DNA of 63,829 bases, the filler included, from Octopus bimaculoides (lineage: Eukaryota): NCBI RefSeq assembly GCF_001194135.2. It is 9 parts of 7 records of this genome, joined end to end, with 100 filler letters (N's around TTAATTAATTAA, not from the genome) between each part and the next. Parts side by side here need not be neighbours in the genome. Positions count along the whole stretch, not along the records: positions 30,980 to 52,573 come from NC_068986.1; 8 more parts are not named here. One strand, 5' to 3'. Shown piece by piece: positions 39,430 to 52,034 of this stretch (position 1 is the first letter of the stretch; every line of letters starts with the position of its first letter). The notes beneath the pieces are model-generated. The model saw only the letters and a program-made list of their open reading frames with translations, did not search any database and was not told the origin of the DNA. Made by a program: the position numbers and the translations under genes.

Positions 39430-39800
39430 GTAGAAATCGAAAGAATAGAGCATAACAAACCGGATATTGTAGTCATCAGAAAAAAAAAAATACATACTGT
39501 AACAGGTGTGTCATGCCTATGTAATACCAGAGGAAAAATTGGGTACTATAGCAACTTGAAGCATGAAAGCCTCAAACCGGATATTGTAGTCACCAGAAAA
39601 AAAAATACGTACTGTAACTGGTGTGTCATGCCTATGTGATACCAGAGGAAAAATTGGGTACAATAACGACTTGAAGCATGAAAGCCTCATAAAAGACAAA
39701 ATGGTTATGATACTGCTGATGATTATTTGAGCCTTGAGAACAGTGACAAAAGATTATCTCGACAGCTCAGGAACAGGCGCTATAGGCAAATTGAATCAGT
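39430..39800 (+). mobile_element. R4-type endonuclease fragment with an internal tandem duplication of about 116 bp
   Basis: IEHNKPDIVV motif; units 39456-39572 and 39573-39687. Confidence 0.7.
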
Positions 39801-39959
39801 AAGACGGTAGATCCGCAAGACTGTTCACCCAAATGCAGAATATATGATTACATTGTGTAACACAACTTTTGTCCTTAGGTGGCAACTGTTATTTCCTATT
39901 TGCTTACCCCTAGAAAGTATGAAAAATGGCTAATATTTCCTTCAAACTTTGCTTTTGTT

Positions 39960-40140
39960 AAATTTATTCAAGCCCCAAAGAATCCCTCTCAAAGCATAAC
40001 TATGATGTTCTCCCATTACTCCTGCTCATGATCAGAGATGCACATGCTGTCAACTTCAAAGGGATATGCTCAAGTCGTTAAGTTCAAGCAACTGACAAAC
40101 AAATGGTAATAAGTAGAATATTTGCTATAACGATATTTCT
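39960..40140 (-). mobile_element. Partial diverged copy of the 45013-45570 element
   Basis: CCCCAAAGAAT..CTCATGATCAGAGATGCACAT..GGGATATGCTCAA..AGAATATTTGCT shared. Confidence 0.8.
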
Positions 40141-40419
40141 GCTCCAGCAACTCAGTCTGAATCTGTCTGAAATGTAATGGAAAATAGGTTAGTTTCAAAA
40201 CACAGATGTCCAGCTCACAAAAGCAAAGTTTGAAGGGAATAGTTGTCATTTCCTTTATTTTCTAGATAGAGGCAAATAAGAAATAACACTCACTGACCAA
40301 AGGCAAAAACTAATTAAAATTTTGTTACAGTGTTATACAAATGAAATCATAGCTCACATTTTATCTAAATGTACCAGTGTTTAAATGGTACTTATCTTGT
40401 CAAAATACTTATGAAAACT

Positions 40420-41190
40420 AGAGATAATAAAGGTCATCCTGCGCGAATTAGGATACAGAAGATCTGTGTCGACATATGCGGACAACGTCACTGTAATAGC
40501 GTCGTATACCACGCACGTTGAAATGATTGATACTACTTTAGGATAATACGAGGTGGTAGCAACAACCAAAATCAAACAGGAAATGTTGGTGGGCTTGCAG
40601 TTCAGCACCGGGTTAGTTAGATCAATGTCCTCCCATCGCATCGTGACGCACTGGATGGAAAAGAACTGGTTAAATTATTCAGAGACTCATTTGGTTCATA
40701 TCTCTGGGCGGAGAACTGGAATGAGGTTATGAGCAGAGAGGCTAGTCTCAGCCAAAATGGGTCGAGAAAAATAGAAAGAAAGATATGCCTGAAAGGTCAG
40801 ACAGAGTTTGTGAACACCTACTCTACCTCCATCATTTATTAGCGCTAGGCCGTCTGCTTTGTTCTAGTTCACATCTGAAATGTTTGAAATGTTTGCTCTT
40901 TCACTTTTTGTGGAAACGTTCCACTGATCAGGGGCGTCATTTGCTGCCAACACCTGCCGGATGGAGGACCGAGCATGCTGCGGTTGATGATGCATAGACA
41001 TGCACTGAGACTCCGAGTTCTATAGCGATTCTTTGACAACGAACAATTGTAGTCACCATTTGTCAAGCGCGTTTTCCCCTAATTTTTCTCTTTGAGAGAG
41101 CTGTAATCTTGGGTCCAGCAAATACGGGTTTGGTATCTGGAATGTCGTCAAGCGTTTATATCCGGCTGCTAGTCAGACAATGCAGTAGGT
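40420..41190 (+). mobile_element. Tx1/L1-clade LINE RT fragment
   Basis: STYADNVTV (YADD), LFHFLWK, RHALRLRVL, LECRQA; homologous to 42760-43450. Confidence 0.75.
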
Positions 41191-41194
41191 AGAA

Positions 41195-42735
41195 GTTCTC
41201 AGAAGATCTTTGCCTTCTCGTTTTCGACTGTCACCTTTTCCGTTGTATGTTGGTACCAAGTACCCATTACCTCATATCCATACTTTCGGTATAGTAGCCA
41301 GAGAAGGGTTTTGGCTGCTTTGTCGTGTCTGCAATGGTACTCTTTCTGTACAAAACTTTCACAAGCACTAACAATGTGAGTCAGGCTTTCGGCATTTTTC
41401 CCACACACTCTGCAAAGGTGCGTTGTGTGGTATACATTCCTTTTTACTGAGTTGATATTCAATTCCTGATCCTGAGCAGCGATGATTAAACTTTCAGTCT
41501 TCTTTTTAGGGTCAACTTTGCTGAGCCACGTCCATAATGCTTCCTGGTCTATTAAAGCTGCTAGCTTCACAGTAGAACTGACTATGTAATTCCAAGCGGA
41601 GTAGTGTTTTTTCTCTCTCGTGGGCTATTCACAACCGAAATTCATTAGCACTCTCAACTGCATTGTTGGTAAATCTTTCTGCATTAACAGTATACTTTAG
41701 CAGGTCTTGTTTGTTGCTTACCAAATACTCTGTCATATTCCTTCTTCCACTGTCAATCCATTCCCGTACGCTTATCAGGTCACGTCCACCTTTACCCCTC
41801 TTCATGTACAGCCTGAGTATGTTCGTCTTATGGTGGAAGGCACCAAGATATTATCCAGCATCAGGATCCCAAGGTACTTGTATCCACCATCATGCGGGTT
41901 TCCTATTCGCTCTCTATGTCGCTGCAATCTGCTCTTTTCCCACGTTTCAAAGTGAGTAACTCATATTTTGAGATCCCGAATTCAATTCTTATATCCTTGC
42001 TCCACATCTGTACAGTCTTAGTCAGCCTCTGTTTTTGCGAACATTTTAAATCATCTATGAAGGGAAGGTGGCTGAGACGAGGTCTCTTCTTTTTTAGCTT
42101 GTAGATCTATAGTTCTATTTGCATAGAACTGTAGGAAGTGGGATCAAGGCTATAACAAAAAGCAAAGGTGAACAAGAATCTTCCTGGAATATACATCTTT
42201 TGATTGCTACCTCGGCTAAGTGCTGGTTGTTGCCAAAGAGACGTGTTTTCCTATTAGGCATGGTTTTCTTGATCAGTGCATGCACATTCTCTACTATTCC
42301 ACACATATCGAATGGTTCCAGAAACCACGAATACGGCATGTCACAAGCCTTTTTAAATTCTATCCAGTCCATGCACAAATTTTTGGTATTGTTTGCATTT
42401 CTTAATTATGACCTTCTCTATCATAAGGTGGTCCTTGGTGCCCTCGGATCCTTTTCAGCATCTCTTATGTTCTACTAGAAGTAGGTTGTTTTCCGCAAAG
42501 AACGTATGTATTTTTTTGCAAGGATGCCTGTAAATACTTTCCAGGAGAGGACGCAAACAATGGGTCGGTAATGGCTAACCTCATTGCTTTTAGACCGATA
42601 TTTCATCAACAACGTTTTCTTATCGCACCATTCTGTAGGCAGTCGTCTAATTCGTTTGTGTTGACCTAAACCACTTGGGCCAGTCATGTCTTCTCTATGT
42701 TCTGGTTCTTGAGCCACTGCTGCAAAAGTTAGAAC
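41195..42735 (-). mobile_element. Second R4/Dong-clade LINE fragment
   Basis: YRPIVC, CMDWIEFKKACD, IFQEDSCSPLLFVIAL, TESLIIAAQDQ, CRVCGKNAESLTHIVSAC..RHD. Confidence 0.88.
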
Positions 42736-42759
42736 AGTTAAGAGGCCACTCTTTCAAAA

Positions 42760-44946
42760 TTGGACTCAGGAGGGCAACGTCATGGTATCGGACGCCTCGA
42801 AGTGGAGACGGTAGGCTCTATTTTAAGGGAATATGAGATTGCAGGGGCCAATATCAGTGCCGACAAGTCGGTGGGATTGCGACTGGGCACCTGGAGAGGC
42901 AGATCGATGCCGTCGGACGGCGTCGTCGGACGCTGGACCAGTTAAGCTACTCGGAGTCTAGTTTGTTCCCGACCTCCAGGTGGATAAGAATTGGGAATAG
43001 GTGATAAATAGGGTGGCCTGTCTTACTCAGAAATGGGTAGACAGGAAGTTGTACCTGAAAGCCGGGCAGAGGTGGCGAATGCCAACATCGCCTCTGTCAT
43101 TATTTATCGTCTGATCGTCGTGACTTGCTCCCGTTACTGCTTGATTAGATTGGAGCGTATCCTGTTTATTTTCTTGTGGAAAGGACACTTTCCAATTGTC
43201 AGGTGGTCGGTCTACTGCAGACTCCTTCTGCGTGGAGGCTTAGGCATGCCGTGGCTTATGATGCGCTGACACGCACTCAGATTGCGCCACCTGTAACGAT
43301 TTCTAGAAGATGAACATCTTTGGGCTCCGTTTGTGAGACACTCCTTCTCGCAGCTCGTTTCTTTGACAGAGCTGCATTCCTGGGCAGAAGATAAGCCGAG
43401 ACTAGATGCCTGGCACTTAGAATATCGTCAGGCGCTTACTGTCCTCTAAAGTCGAGAAATAGAATCAGTGGATGTTCCACTTTAGCTATATACAGAGAAT
43501 TAGTAGCAGGGAAGTGCGACGACTTCCTCGGCGGGACCCTAGGCGTGGACGAAGACGAACCGGCAAGTCTATTCCAGAAGATTTTCCGGTCTGGGACTAT
43601 TATAGATAATTTCCAGATGTTCTTGGCCTGGCAGTGCTACCGGGCAGCACTACCGGTTCGAGATAAACTCTACAGGCACAGATCTGCTGTCAGACAGGCT
43701 TCTCTGAAGTGCTCGCAGAGCGACGAAACCGTTCTGCATGCACTCGTTCAATGTCCGGGCATTGCTGACTTATGGAGTTATGTTGAACAGCTGCTGTCAC
43801 GTGTGGCACGGATTTGTCTGTTAACCGAATGATGATTGTCCCGCCGGCGAAATGTTTTTCCCACGAGAGTTCCGGACCCCAGTTATGAACTCATTTGCAT
43901 ACAGCCAATCAGTGCTCAACTAATCAAACTAATTTACGAGCTCATAACAAGTGATGGCCGATAAGATAAGGTCACCTGGGCAAGGAATGACCATGCCTCT
44001 TTCCTTTTTTAAGAATGCCTGTTCTTGTTCTTGTTTTAACCATGGCTGCCTCTGCGTAGTTATTTGTGTTGTTGTTTGCTTTGTAAAACAGTAAGGGAAG
44101 AGGGTTGCTAGCACATCACCCTCTACCGACATTTTTCCCATCCACATCTTTACCATATAGGATCCTAACAAAATCCGATAATAAGTATAGATGCAAATTT
44201 ATCTAATTACTTGTCTCCTAAAATCAGGCATAACTTGGCGATCGGTCGACTTACAACACCGTCCTTCGTCTTGAGTTTACTTAGTAGAGTGTGTTTTCTT
44301 TACTTGACAAGGTCAAAGCGAGCTCTGATTGGCTGTATGCAAATGAATTAATTGCTGGGGTCCGGAACTCTCGCTGGAAAAAATTTCGTGTCCCTTTAAT
44401 CGGGCTGGCAAGGCAGTTTTCTTTTGTCTGGTGGCTGTGACGAAAGAGGTTGTCTGATGGACGAGGCTGAAAGGAATGAGGACAGAAACATTCCTCTTTG
44501 GTAAAGCCCTCATCGACTTTTCAAGTTTAACTTGAAAAGGAAAGTGAGAGTAGAAAGGGAGGTGCTGTCCTTTGAGTGAATTTATGAAAACGTGGGTGAA
44601 AGTTTCAAAAATGGCAAGAATGGATGGTATCACTCTCAGTGTAGACCCGTGAGACGGGAGAAAGGAGTTGGAGAGGGCTCTCGTCCTTGGTATTTAGGGT
44701 GATCTTGGATGGTGGTGTTCTTCGATTATCCCTAGATGTCCTCCCTGTACCAGGAAGACGCCATCACTCTCATTTTTTCCTTCTCTTCTTCCAGTGTCGT
44801 ATACTATGTATACTTCCCTTCTACTTGTGTATACCGTGTGTACTGTTTTTCGTCTTTTATCATTCCATCATAAGTAAAACCCCACACTTTATGTCTCTCT
44901 TTGTATTGTCCCCTCATCCTTCGCCCTGGTGGCAAATAAAAGACAT
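42760..44946 (+). mobile_element. Tx1/L1-clade LINE 3' half, interrupted by a MITE
   Basis: YEIAGANISADKSVGLRLG, FLWKG..RGGLGMP, LAWQCYRAALPV..ETVLHALVQCP; AATAAA 44935-44940. Confidence 0.85.
43848..44388. mobile_element. MITE with TIRs of about 70 bp
   Basis: Left 43848-43917 and right 44320-44388 share CGAAAT..CGAGAGTTCCGGACCCCAG..TCATTTGCATACAGCCAATCAG. Confidence 0.88.
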
Positions 44947-45012
44947 AATCATCATCATCATATCATTATTAATATTATTATTATTGTTATTATTATCATT
45001 ATTATTATTATT

Positions 45013-45570
45013 GAGTGAGAGAGCAGTGCATGCCATCAAGGTGACACTGGGGTAAAACATACGAAGCCCAGTATACCCATCATGACTACCGGTCTGACAA
45101 GGGTACACCAGGAACGTGCATCACAACCATATGTGCACGACATAGTGATCTCATATCAAAATAAACAGCGCATGACCTCGCAGGTGGGGCCCAGTTAGAA
45201 TTTTGTTCAGGTCGAGTAGCCCATCTCGCTCAAAAAATCCCTGAATAAGGTCTGTTTGAGGATGCTGAGCAAAACACCCATGTTTCCAAAGGTGAATTAT
45301 TCAAACCCCAAAGAATTCCTCTTAACACATGGCTATGATGCTCCCCCACTACTTCTGCTCATGATCAGAGATGCACATATCGTCAGCCACCGAGGGATAT
45401 GCTCAACTGGTTAAGGTCAAACAAATGACAAGCAAATCTGTGATATTAAGCAGAATATTTGCTGTAGCCCATCTTTTATATTAAGACCAAACAATGTACA
45501 TGACAACATTTCCAATCAATTAAGATCAGAAGCAACGAGAGTCACTGCCTGGTACTGCATCCAGGCAGTG
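45013..45570 (-). mobile_element. Non-coding, non-autonomous retroelement-like repeat with (TAA)n tail
   Basis: Second partial copy at 39960; (ATT)n on both flanks; no ORF homology recognised. Confidence 0.65.
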
Positions 45571-46590
45571 TACTACATCCTTGCATGACACTATCATTAT
45601 TANNNNNNNNNNNNNNNNNNNNNNNNNNNNNNNNNNNNNNNNNNNNNNNNNNNNNNNNNNNNNNNNNNNNNNNNNNNNNNNNNNNNNNNNNNNNNNNNNN
45701 NNTATTATTATCATTATTATTATAATCATCATGAAGGGCGAGCTAGTAGAATTTTCTGTACAGCGGAGAAATACTTAGCAGCACTATAACTAGTTCTTCC
45801 TTAGAGCGGTGCCGATCATTTCAGTGTGATTGGTGTCTGACACTACGATGACGACGGTGTCCGCACATGCGATTCATTGTTGTCTTGGCAACTGGGCATA
45901 AGTAGTTCTGTCTCTGTGTGTGCAGTGATGTGAAGCCCAACACTGCTTTGATATTGAATATATATCACTATCGCATTCTGGAGTTACATAAGGCAATGGA
46001 GTAGGAGGTGAAGAAATAGAAAAAGAAGAGAGCAATGCAAAGCAGACGACAATGAGGATAGCTAAGTGGGAATAATGAAGGTGATGATAAAGGAAGACTT
46101 ATACAAGAATGTAGGTTGGAGAAGGAGGTAGCGGAAAAGAGTCCAGTAAAAGAAAGTAGAAAAACAAATTGAGAATTAAGATGAAAGTCATCAGCAAGAT
46201 CAACAGCAATAAGAATTGTAGTATGATTATAATTTAAAAGCGATTTGTTTGTTATTTTAAGAAGGTCAAGTGACCATATAGATGCCTTATTCTGTTGGTA
46301 TTCGTGTTGTCGTTCCTGAACAAAGTGTTATACGCTGCCCATTATCTTAGCGAAAATGTTTTAGAGTTGGTGAATGAAAATTTTCTATAGGTTATTTCCT
46401 GTTAGATTTGGGATCACAAAATCATCCTATTGCCGGAATAGATTCGGCACGGCAATGACATTTGTTTCATTGAACCAGTAGAAATGGAAAATAAACTCAG
46501 ATTTCCCCGTATGATTTGAACTCAGAACAATGGTTAACGAAGCTATCCAAGATATTGTAACTAACTCATCACACGTTGATTTATCTAAAT

Positions 46591-47148
46591 ACTGATTTCA
46601 AATTCTGGCACAAGGCCAGCAATTTAGGGGAAGGAAGTAAGTCGATTACATCGACTCCAGTACTGATCTCTCTTTTAACCCTTTTTGCCCCTTGTGGAGC
46701 ATAGGGCCTTAACAGTTATTTTCCATTTTTTATGGTCATTGGCGTGTTTCTTGGCTGCATCCCATGTCATGCCGGTGGTCCTGAGCTCATCCAAAATGCT
46801 CCATTTCTATGTCTGCTTCGGGCGTCCTCGCTTCTGTTTCCCCTGCGGGTTCCAGTCAAGTGTTTGTCGTGTCACATTTGAGGGTTTTTCCCGCAGTATG
46901 TGTCCGATCCATCTCCATTTCCTTCGTCTAATCTTAACATGTATGGGCTCCTGGTTGGCCCTTTCCCACAGGTCGGTGTTTGGTACTCACCAAGCCAGAA
47001 AGTACTCATCTGGTATTTATTTTATCGACCTCGAAGGATTAAAGGCAAAGTCGACGTCAACTGAGTTTGAACTCAGAATGTGAAGACGGACGAAATGCTG
47101 CTAAGCATTTCACCCAGCTTGTTAGCGATCCTGCCAGCTCGCCGCCTT
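46591..47148 (-). mobile_element. SINE family A, split by an RTE insertion
   Basis: Tail 46591-46669 and head/core 47001-47148 join into one SINE. Confidence 0.88.
46670..47000 (-). mobile_element. RTE LINE 3' end with 11-bp TSD
   Basis: [39 protein letters not shown]; TSD AGTACTGATCT / AGTACTCATCT. Confidence 0.9.
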
Positions 47149-47234
47149 GGTTTATCTAAATATTGATTTGTAACAAAAGCACAAACGTAAAATTTTCGAA
47201 GTGGATGAGGGAATACTTTATTAATATTAAATGG

Positions 47235-47397
47235 ATCTTCGTACGCTACTGGTACTGGTACTTTATTTTAACGACTACTCGAAAGAATGGAAGGCAAATT
47301 TAACCTTGTTGGAATTTGAACTCAAAATATACAGAACTTTTACTAAATATCGCACGGCATTTTGTACGATACTTCATCGATTCTACCTCTTCGCTGC
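47235..47397 (-). mobile_element. SINE family A, degenerate
   Basis: GAAAGAATGGAAGGCAAATTTAACC..GGAATTTGAACTCA. Confidence 0.6.
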
Positions 47398-47650
47398 TCT
47401 TTTTACCAATCAATCAATTACTAATGCCATGCATGTCTTGCCTTCTTTTACAATAGTTTCGATTTTCTCCGTAACATGTTTATCAGTTATCGTTCTTTAA
47501 GACACTCTCCATACTTTTTGCTTTAAACATGTCAAACGCAAGTGTTGCAGATTATGGACTTGTCTCTTAATATTTCTTTCTTTTTTCAGGAACGAGCAAT
47601 TTGGTATGGAACACTGGAGCAATATGATATAGCCTATATTATTTCAGTTA

Positions 47651-48459
47651 GTGATCTTTTCTGTTACTATCACAATTTTTTTCAATTATTGTAATTTTGT
47701 TCCAATTGTTTTCAAATTTGGGGTATTGATGTAACTTTGTATGCTAATTATGGAAATAAAATTCATTTTTGCAGTAAATTAAGAAATAAAAAGTTAATAG
47801 CCTTTAAAGTTCGCAAATTTTGGGTAATTCTAGTCAATCAAAAGCCACAGACATATTGGTGCCTCAATTTGACCTCAGAAATTGTTCGTTCATTCGTGAC
47901 CCAGTCAGGAAACAAGATTTGGAAATTGTCATTTTGTGCGTGACTGCAATAGCAAGCTTACAAAGCAATAATGTTAACATTGCGACGATACTACGTGTTT
48001 TAAGCATTTGATAAGCGAAGGATGACAAAAAAAAAAAACAAAAAAAAACGAAAAAAACGAGTAGACAACAAATGTTTTGTAGCTTTAAGCATTCAAGAGG
48101 TGAGTATCGAAGATGCAACATAAAATATCCAAAAAACAGCAACAGATGAATACAAGCTGGAAAACACAGTGTAAAATATCAGTTTGTAAACACACGTGGT
48201 TTTTCCTAAACAAGAGTTTCAACTCTTGGCCTTTTACAATAGGAACAGACACCTATGTGTCAGTGGTTTTCGATTGGCTAAACTTATCCAAAATTTGCGA
48301 ACTTTAAAAGTTGTTAACTATTTATTTATTGATTCATAGCGAAAATGAATTTCATACCAATGATTACCATAGAAAACTACACCAAGACACCAAATTTGAA
48401 ATCAATTGGAACAAAATTGAAGAAATTGAAAAGTGGCAGCCAAACAGAAAAGATCCCAG
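47651..48459. mobile_element. MITE with imperfect TIRs of about 210 bp, TA-flanked
   Basis: GATCTTTTCTGTT..TTTTGTTCCAATTG..TTTAAAGTTCGCAAATTTTGG on the left mirrored at 48250-48459. Confidence 0.85.
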
Positions 48460-49506
48460 TATCTTTGTACCTTTTATCATCTAGTTGACTTTTGTTATGT
48501 ATCTTAGACAGACACAACACATCAACTATGAAAGCCTGTGGCAGGTTTTCAACAATCCTTTTACTTACGTATTGTTTTTGTTACTAAGCAACTGTAGTGT
48601 TGTGAAAATATTTCTTGCTATTTATTTACACAATAAGTCATTTATATTTAATATTTGGTTTCTGAGAAAGTCGAGGACAACGTTTTCTTTAATAAAGTCT
48701 AGTGTTAAGAAAATACGTACCAGTCAGATATTCAGGATGATTATAACGCCTATATATCAGTTCTTCATCCTTTCTTCATTCATAAATACATGTACAAATA
48801 TATGCATACATAGACACACCAATACACACGCACATACATACATACATACATACATACATACATACATACATACATACATAAATATATAAATATATACATG
48901 CATACATATATACATGTATGTATGCATGTTTATATGTAGCGTTTTTAACCGTAAAACTCATAAAGTTATAGGCCAATGTTGACATAACAATATATGTTTA
49001 CACACACACACTCACACACACACAAAAACACACACACACATACACACATTGCCTAACACAGCAATCTTGTGCCATCTCAAAAGTCTTCCTCTGCTCCCGT
49101 CACATCGTTTCTTTTCAAATTTCTTGCGGTCTTTCTTCTTTCTCTCATCTGCCGTCCAACTGGGTACGTCCTGAATAAGGCTTCTATCTTCTCTATAGAT
49201 ATTTCCAACTATAAATTATCCATTGTTTGTTATATTAACCATTTCTCCAAGTTTCTCGTTGGTTACATAATCTTGCCATTTGATTCTTAATATTTTGCCA
49301 ACGATTCTTTGATAAAAAGCTTGGAATTTTGCGTCAGGATGTAGTGGAACTGTGCCAAAATCGATGCCCATAAAGTGATATTGATTTTACCAAGGGTACA
49401 CAAATATCTACTTTAGTGTGTGTCGAAAGGCAGTTGGTCTAACTTAAACATTTTGATATATTCATTGCTTGTCTACTTATAAAAATCCTTTTCCTAAACT
49501 CCAGAC

Positions 49507-49907
49507 TGTTGTTGTTGTTGGCACTCCGTCGCTTACGATCTCGAGGGTTCCAGTTGATCCGATCAATGGAACAGCCTGCTCGTGAAATTAACGTGCAAGT
49601 GGCTGAGCACTCCACAGACATATGTACCCTTAACGTAGTTTTCGGGGATATTCAGCGTGACACAGTGTGACACAGTGTGACAAGGCTGACCCTTTGAATT
49701 ACAAGCACAACAGAAACAGGAAGTAAGAGTGAGAGAAAGTTGTGGTGAAAGAGTACAGTAGGGTTCGCCACCATCCCCTGGCGGAGCCTCGTGGAGCTTT
49801 AGGTGTTTTCGCTCAATAAACACTCACAACGCCCGGTCTGGGAATCGAAACCGCAATCCTATGACCGCGAGTCCGCTGCCCTAACCACTGGGCCATTGCG
49901 CCTCCAC
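49507..49907 (-). mobile_element. SINE family C, full length with TSD
   Basis: tRNA head with A box TGGCCCAGTGG and B box GGTTTCGATTCC; (CAA)n tail; TSD CTAAACTCCA(G/A)ACT at 49494-49507 and 49907-49920. Confidence 0.92.
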
Positions 49908-50099
49908 TAAACTCCAAACTAGGTAAGCTATTACAAGCATCCACAGTCTCCGAGGACTTTGTCTCCTATACTGTTACTCTATGAACTGGCATTTGTACAT
50001 TTGAAGTCCAGACCAAACCAAACCAAACCAAACCAAACCAGACCTAACCAAACATGCATCTCTCCCTTATCAAACTATCCGGTATTAGTTTGAATTCTA

Positions 50100-50226
50100 C
50101 TGGGTATCCACAAAGTCTGGGTACATGGGGATTAACACATAATTTAAGAAATTATTATTTTTTATATTTAATTGTTTATGTTATGATTTTATTTACTCCA
50201 TGTGCCCAGACCTTGTGGACACCTTG
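50100..50226. mobile_element. 127-bp Tc1/mariner-type mini-MITE
   Basis: TA-CTGGGTATCCACAAAGTCTGGGTACATGG vs rc TA-CAAGGTGTCCACAAGGTCTGGGCACATGG. Confidence 0.8.
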
Positions 50227-50344
50227 TAGTGTTGATTTTTCTAATTATTATCACTCCGCCAGCATAATCTGCTTCACATAGGCACTTATTATCCACACAC
50301 AAACACTTTCTTGCAAAAGTTTCTTTATAAGATAATAAATCTCT

Positions 50345-50411
50345 AACACACATGCACACACACATACACGCACACATATACTGACACACAGACACACACA
50401 TACACACACAT

Positions 50412-50493
<82 letters not shown>
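50345..50493. repeat. (CA)n microsatellite
   Basis: Direct reading. Confidence 0.95.
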
Positions 50494-50496
<3 letters not shown>

Positions 50497-50652
50497 GAGA
50501 GACAGTATGACACCCCAAGTAACACTTAACTTGACATCAATAAATTCACTTACCATACCTGGCACAAGATTCTTTCATGCTTGTCCAAAATTATGCCAGT
50601 GTGAATGAGTGCGTATATGCCTTGGTGTATATGTATGTGTGTGTGTGTGTGT

Positions 50653-50695
<43 letters not shown>

Positions 50696-51160
50696 CATAT
50701 ATTCATATATATATACACACATATACCATCATATAAATTTATATAGGAAGACTTACATGCCTTTTTAGTCACAAACATCTATCCATCCATACATATGTAC
50801 GTACCGATATAGATATATGTGCGCCGCGCACACGCACACGCACAATATATATATATACTTTATATACATCGACGACGATGACGATGATGCAGGATCATCC
50901 GTTGGTTTCGACGATGAGCATTCAGCTGCTCGATCAACATAAAATATTTCCTTGTTAAAATAAAATGCGGCTGAATATTCTAGAGACATATATCAATTCA
51001 ATGCGACAGGGTGTGTAAGTTTTGGTAAAAGACACTTGTTCATCATGTCACGCAGTGAGATCGAACCTCAAAACCTTTTGATTTGGAGATCAACTTCTTA
51101 ACCACTCGGCTATGCTGAGTCTATACATACATGTATACATACATACATACATACATACAT

Positions 51161-51651
51161 CTTTAATCGTTTACTACAGCCATACTGGGGCATCGCCTTG
51201 AAAGGTTTTCATCGAACAGATCGACATCAGTACATATATTTAAGCTTGGTATTTATTTTATCGTACCCCTTTACCGAACCGCTAATTTACGGGGACGTAA
51301 ACAAAATAACACCAGTTGCCAAGTGGTGATGGTGATGATGGTGGTCGTGGTTGGGAAGCAAACATGCACATATACATGCACACACATACGCATATATATN
51401 NNNNNNNNNNNNNNNNNNNNNNNNNNNNNNNNNNNNNNNNNNNNNNNNNNNNNNNNNNNNNNNNNNNNNNNNNNNNNNNNNNNNNNNNNNNNNNNNNNNN
51501 NNNNNNNNNNNNNNNNNNNNNNNNNNNNNNNNNNNNNNNNNNNNNNNNNNNNNNNNNNNNNNNNNNNNNNNNNNNNNNNNNNNNNNNNNNNNNNNNNNNN
51601 NNNNNNNNNNNNNNNNNNNNNNNNNNNNNNNNNNNNNNNNNNNNNNNNNNN

Positions 51652-51692
<41 letters not shown>

Positions 51693-51855
51693 ATATACGA
51701 TAGGCTTCTACACAGTTTCCAGTTAGCAAATTCACTCAGAAGGTATTGGTTGACGTGGGGTGCCATAGTAGAAAGCACTTGCCCAATGTATCACGAAGTG
51801 GAACTGAACCCGAAATCAAGTTGCTACAAAGCGATTTCCTTAACCACACAACCAT
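51161..51855 (-). mobile_element. SINE family B across a gap
   Basis: CGAACCGCTAATTTACGGGGACGTAAAC 3' block and CACTTGCCCAA..TTAACCACAC head. Confidence 0.8.
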
Positions 51856-52003
51856 CATAAATACATACAAGCGCATATACACACATACATGCAGACATAC
51901 ATACAAACAAATATGCATACATACGTCCATGCATACATACAAACATGTATGTATGCATACATGCATGCATACAAGCACATGCATACATACATACATACAT
52001 ACA

Positions 52004-52034
<31 letters not shown>

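Noticed and set aside
49830-49907. tRNA gene
   Set aside because: tRNA-derived SINE head continuing into SINE body; not a standalone tRNA
50545-50565. U1-like ATACCTGGC and tandem minus-strand donor sites
   Set aside because: Match too short; no U1 body and no supporting exon
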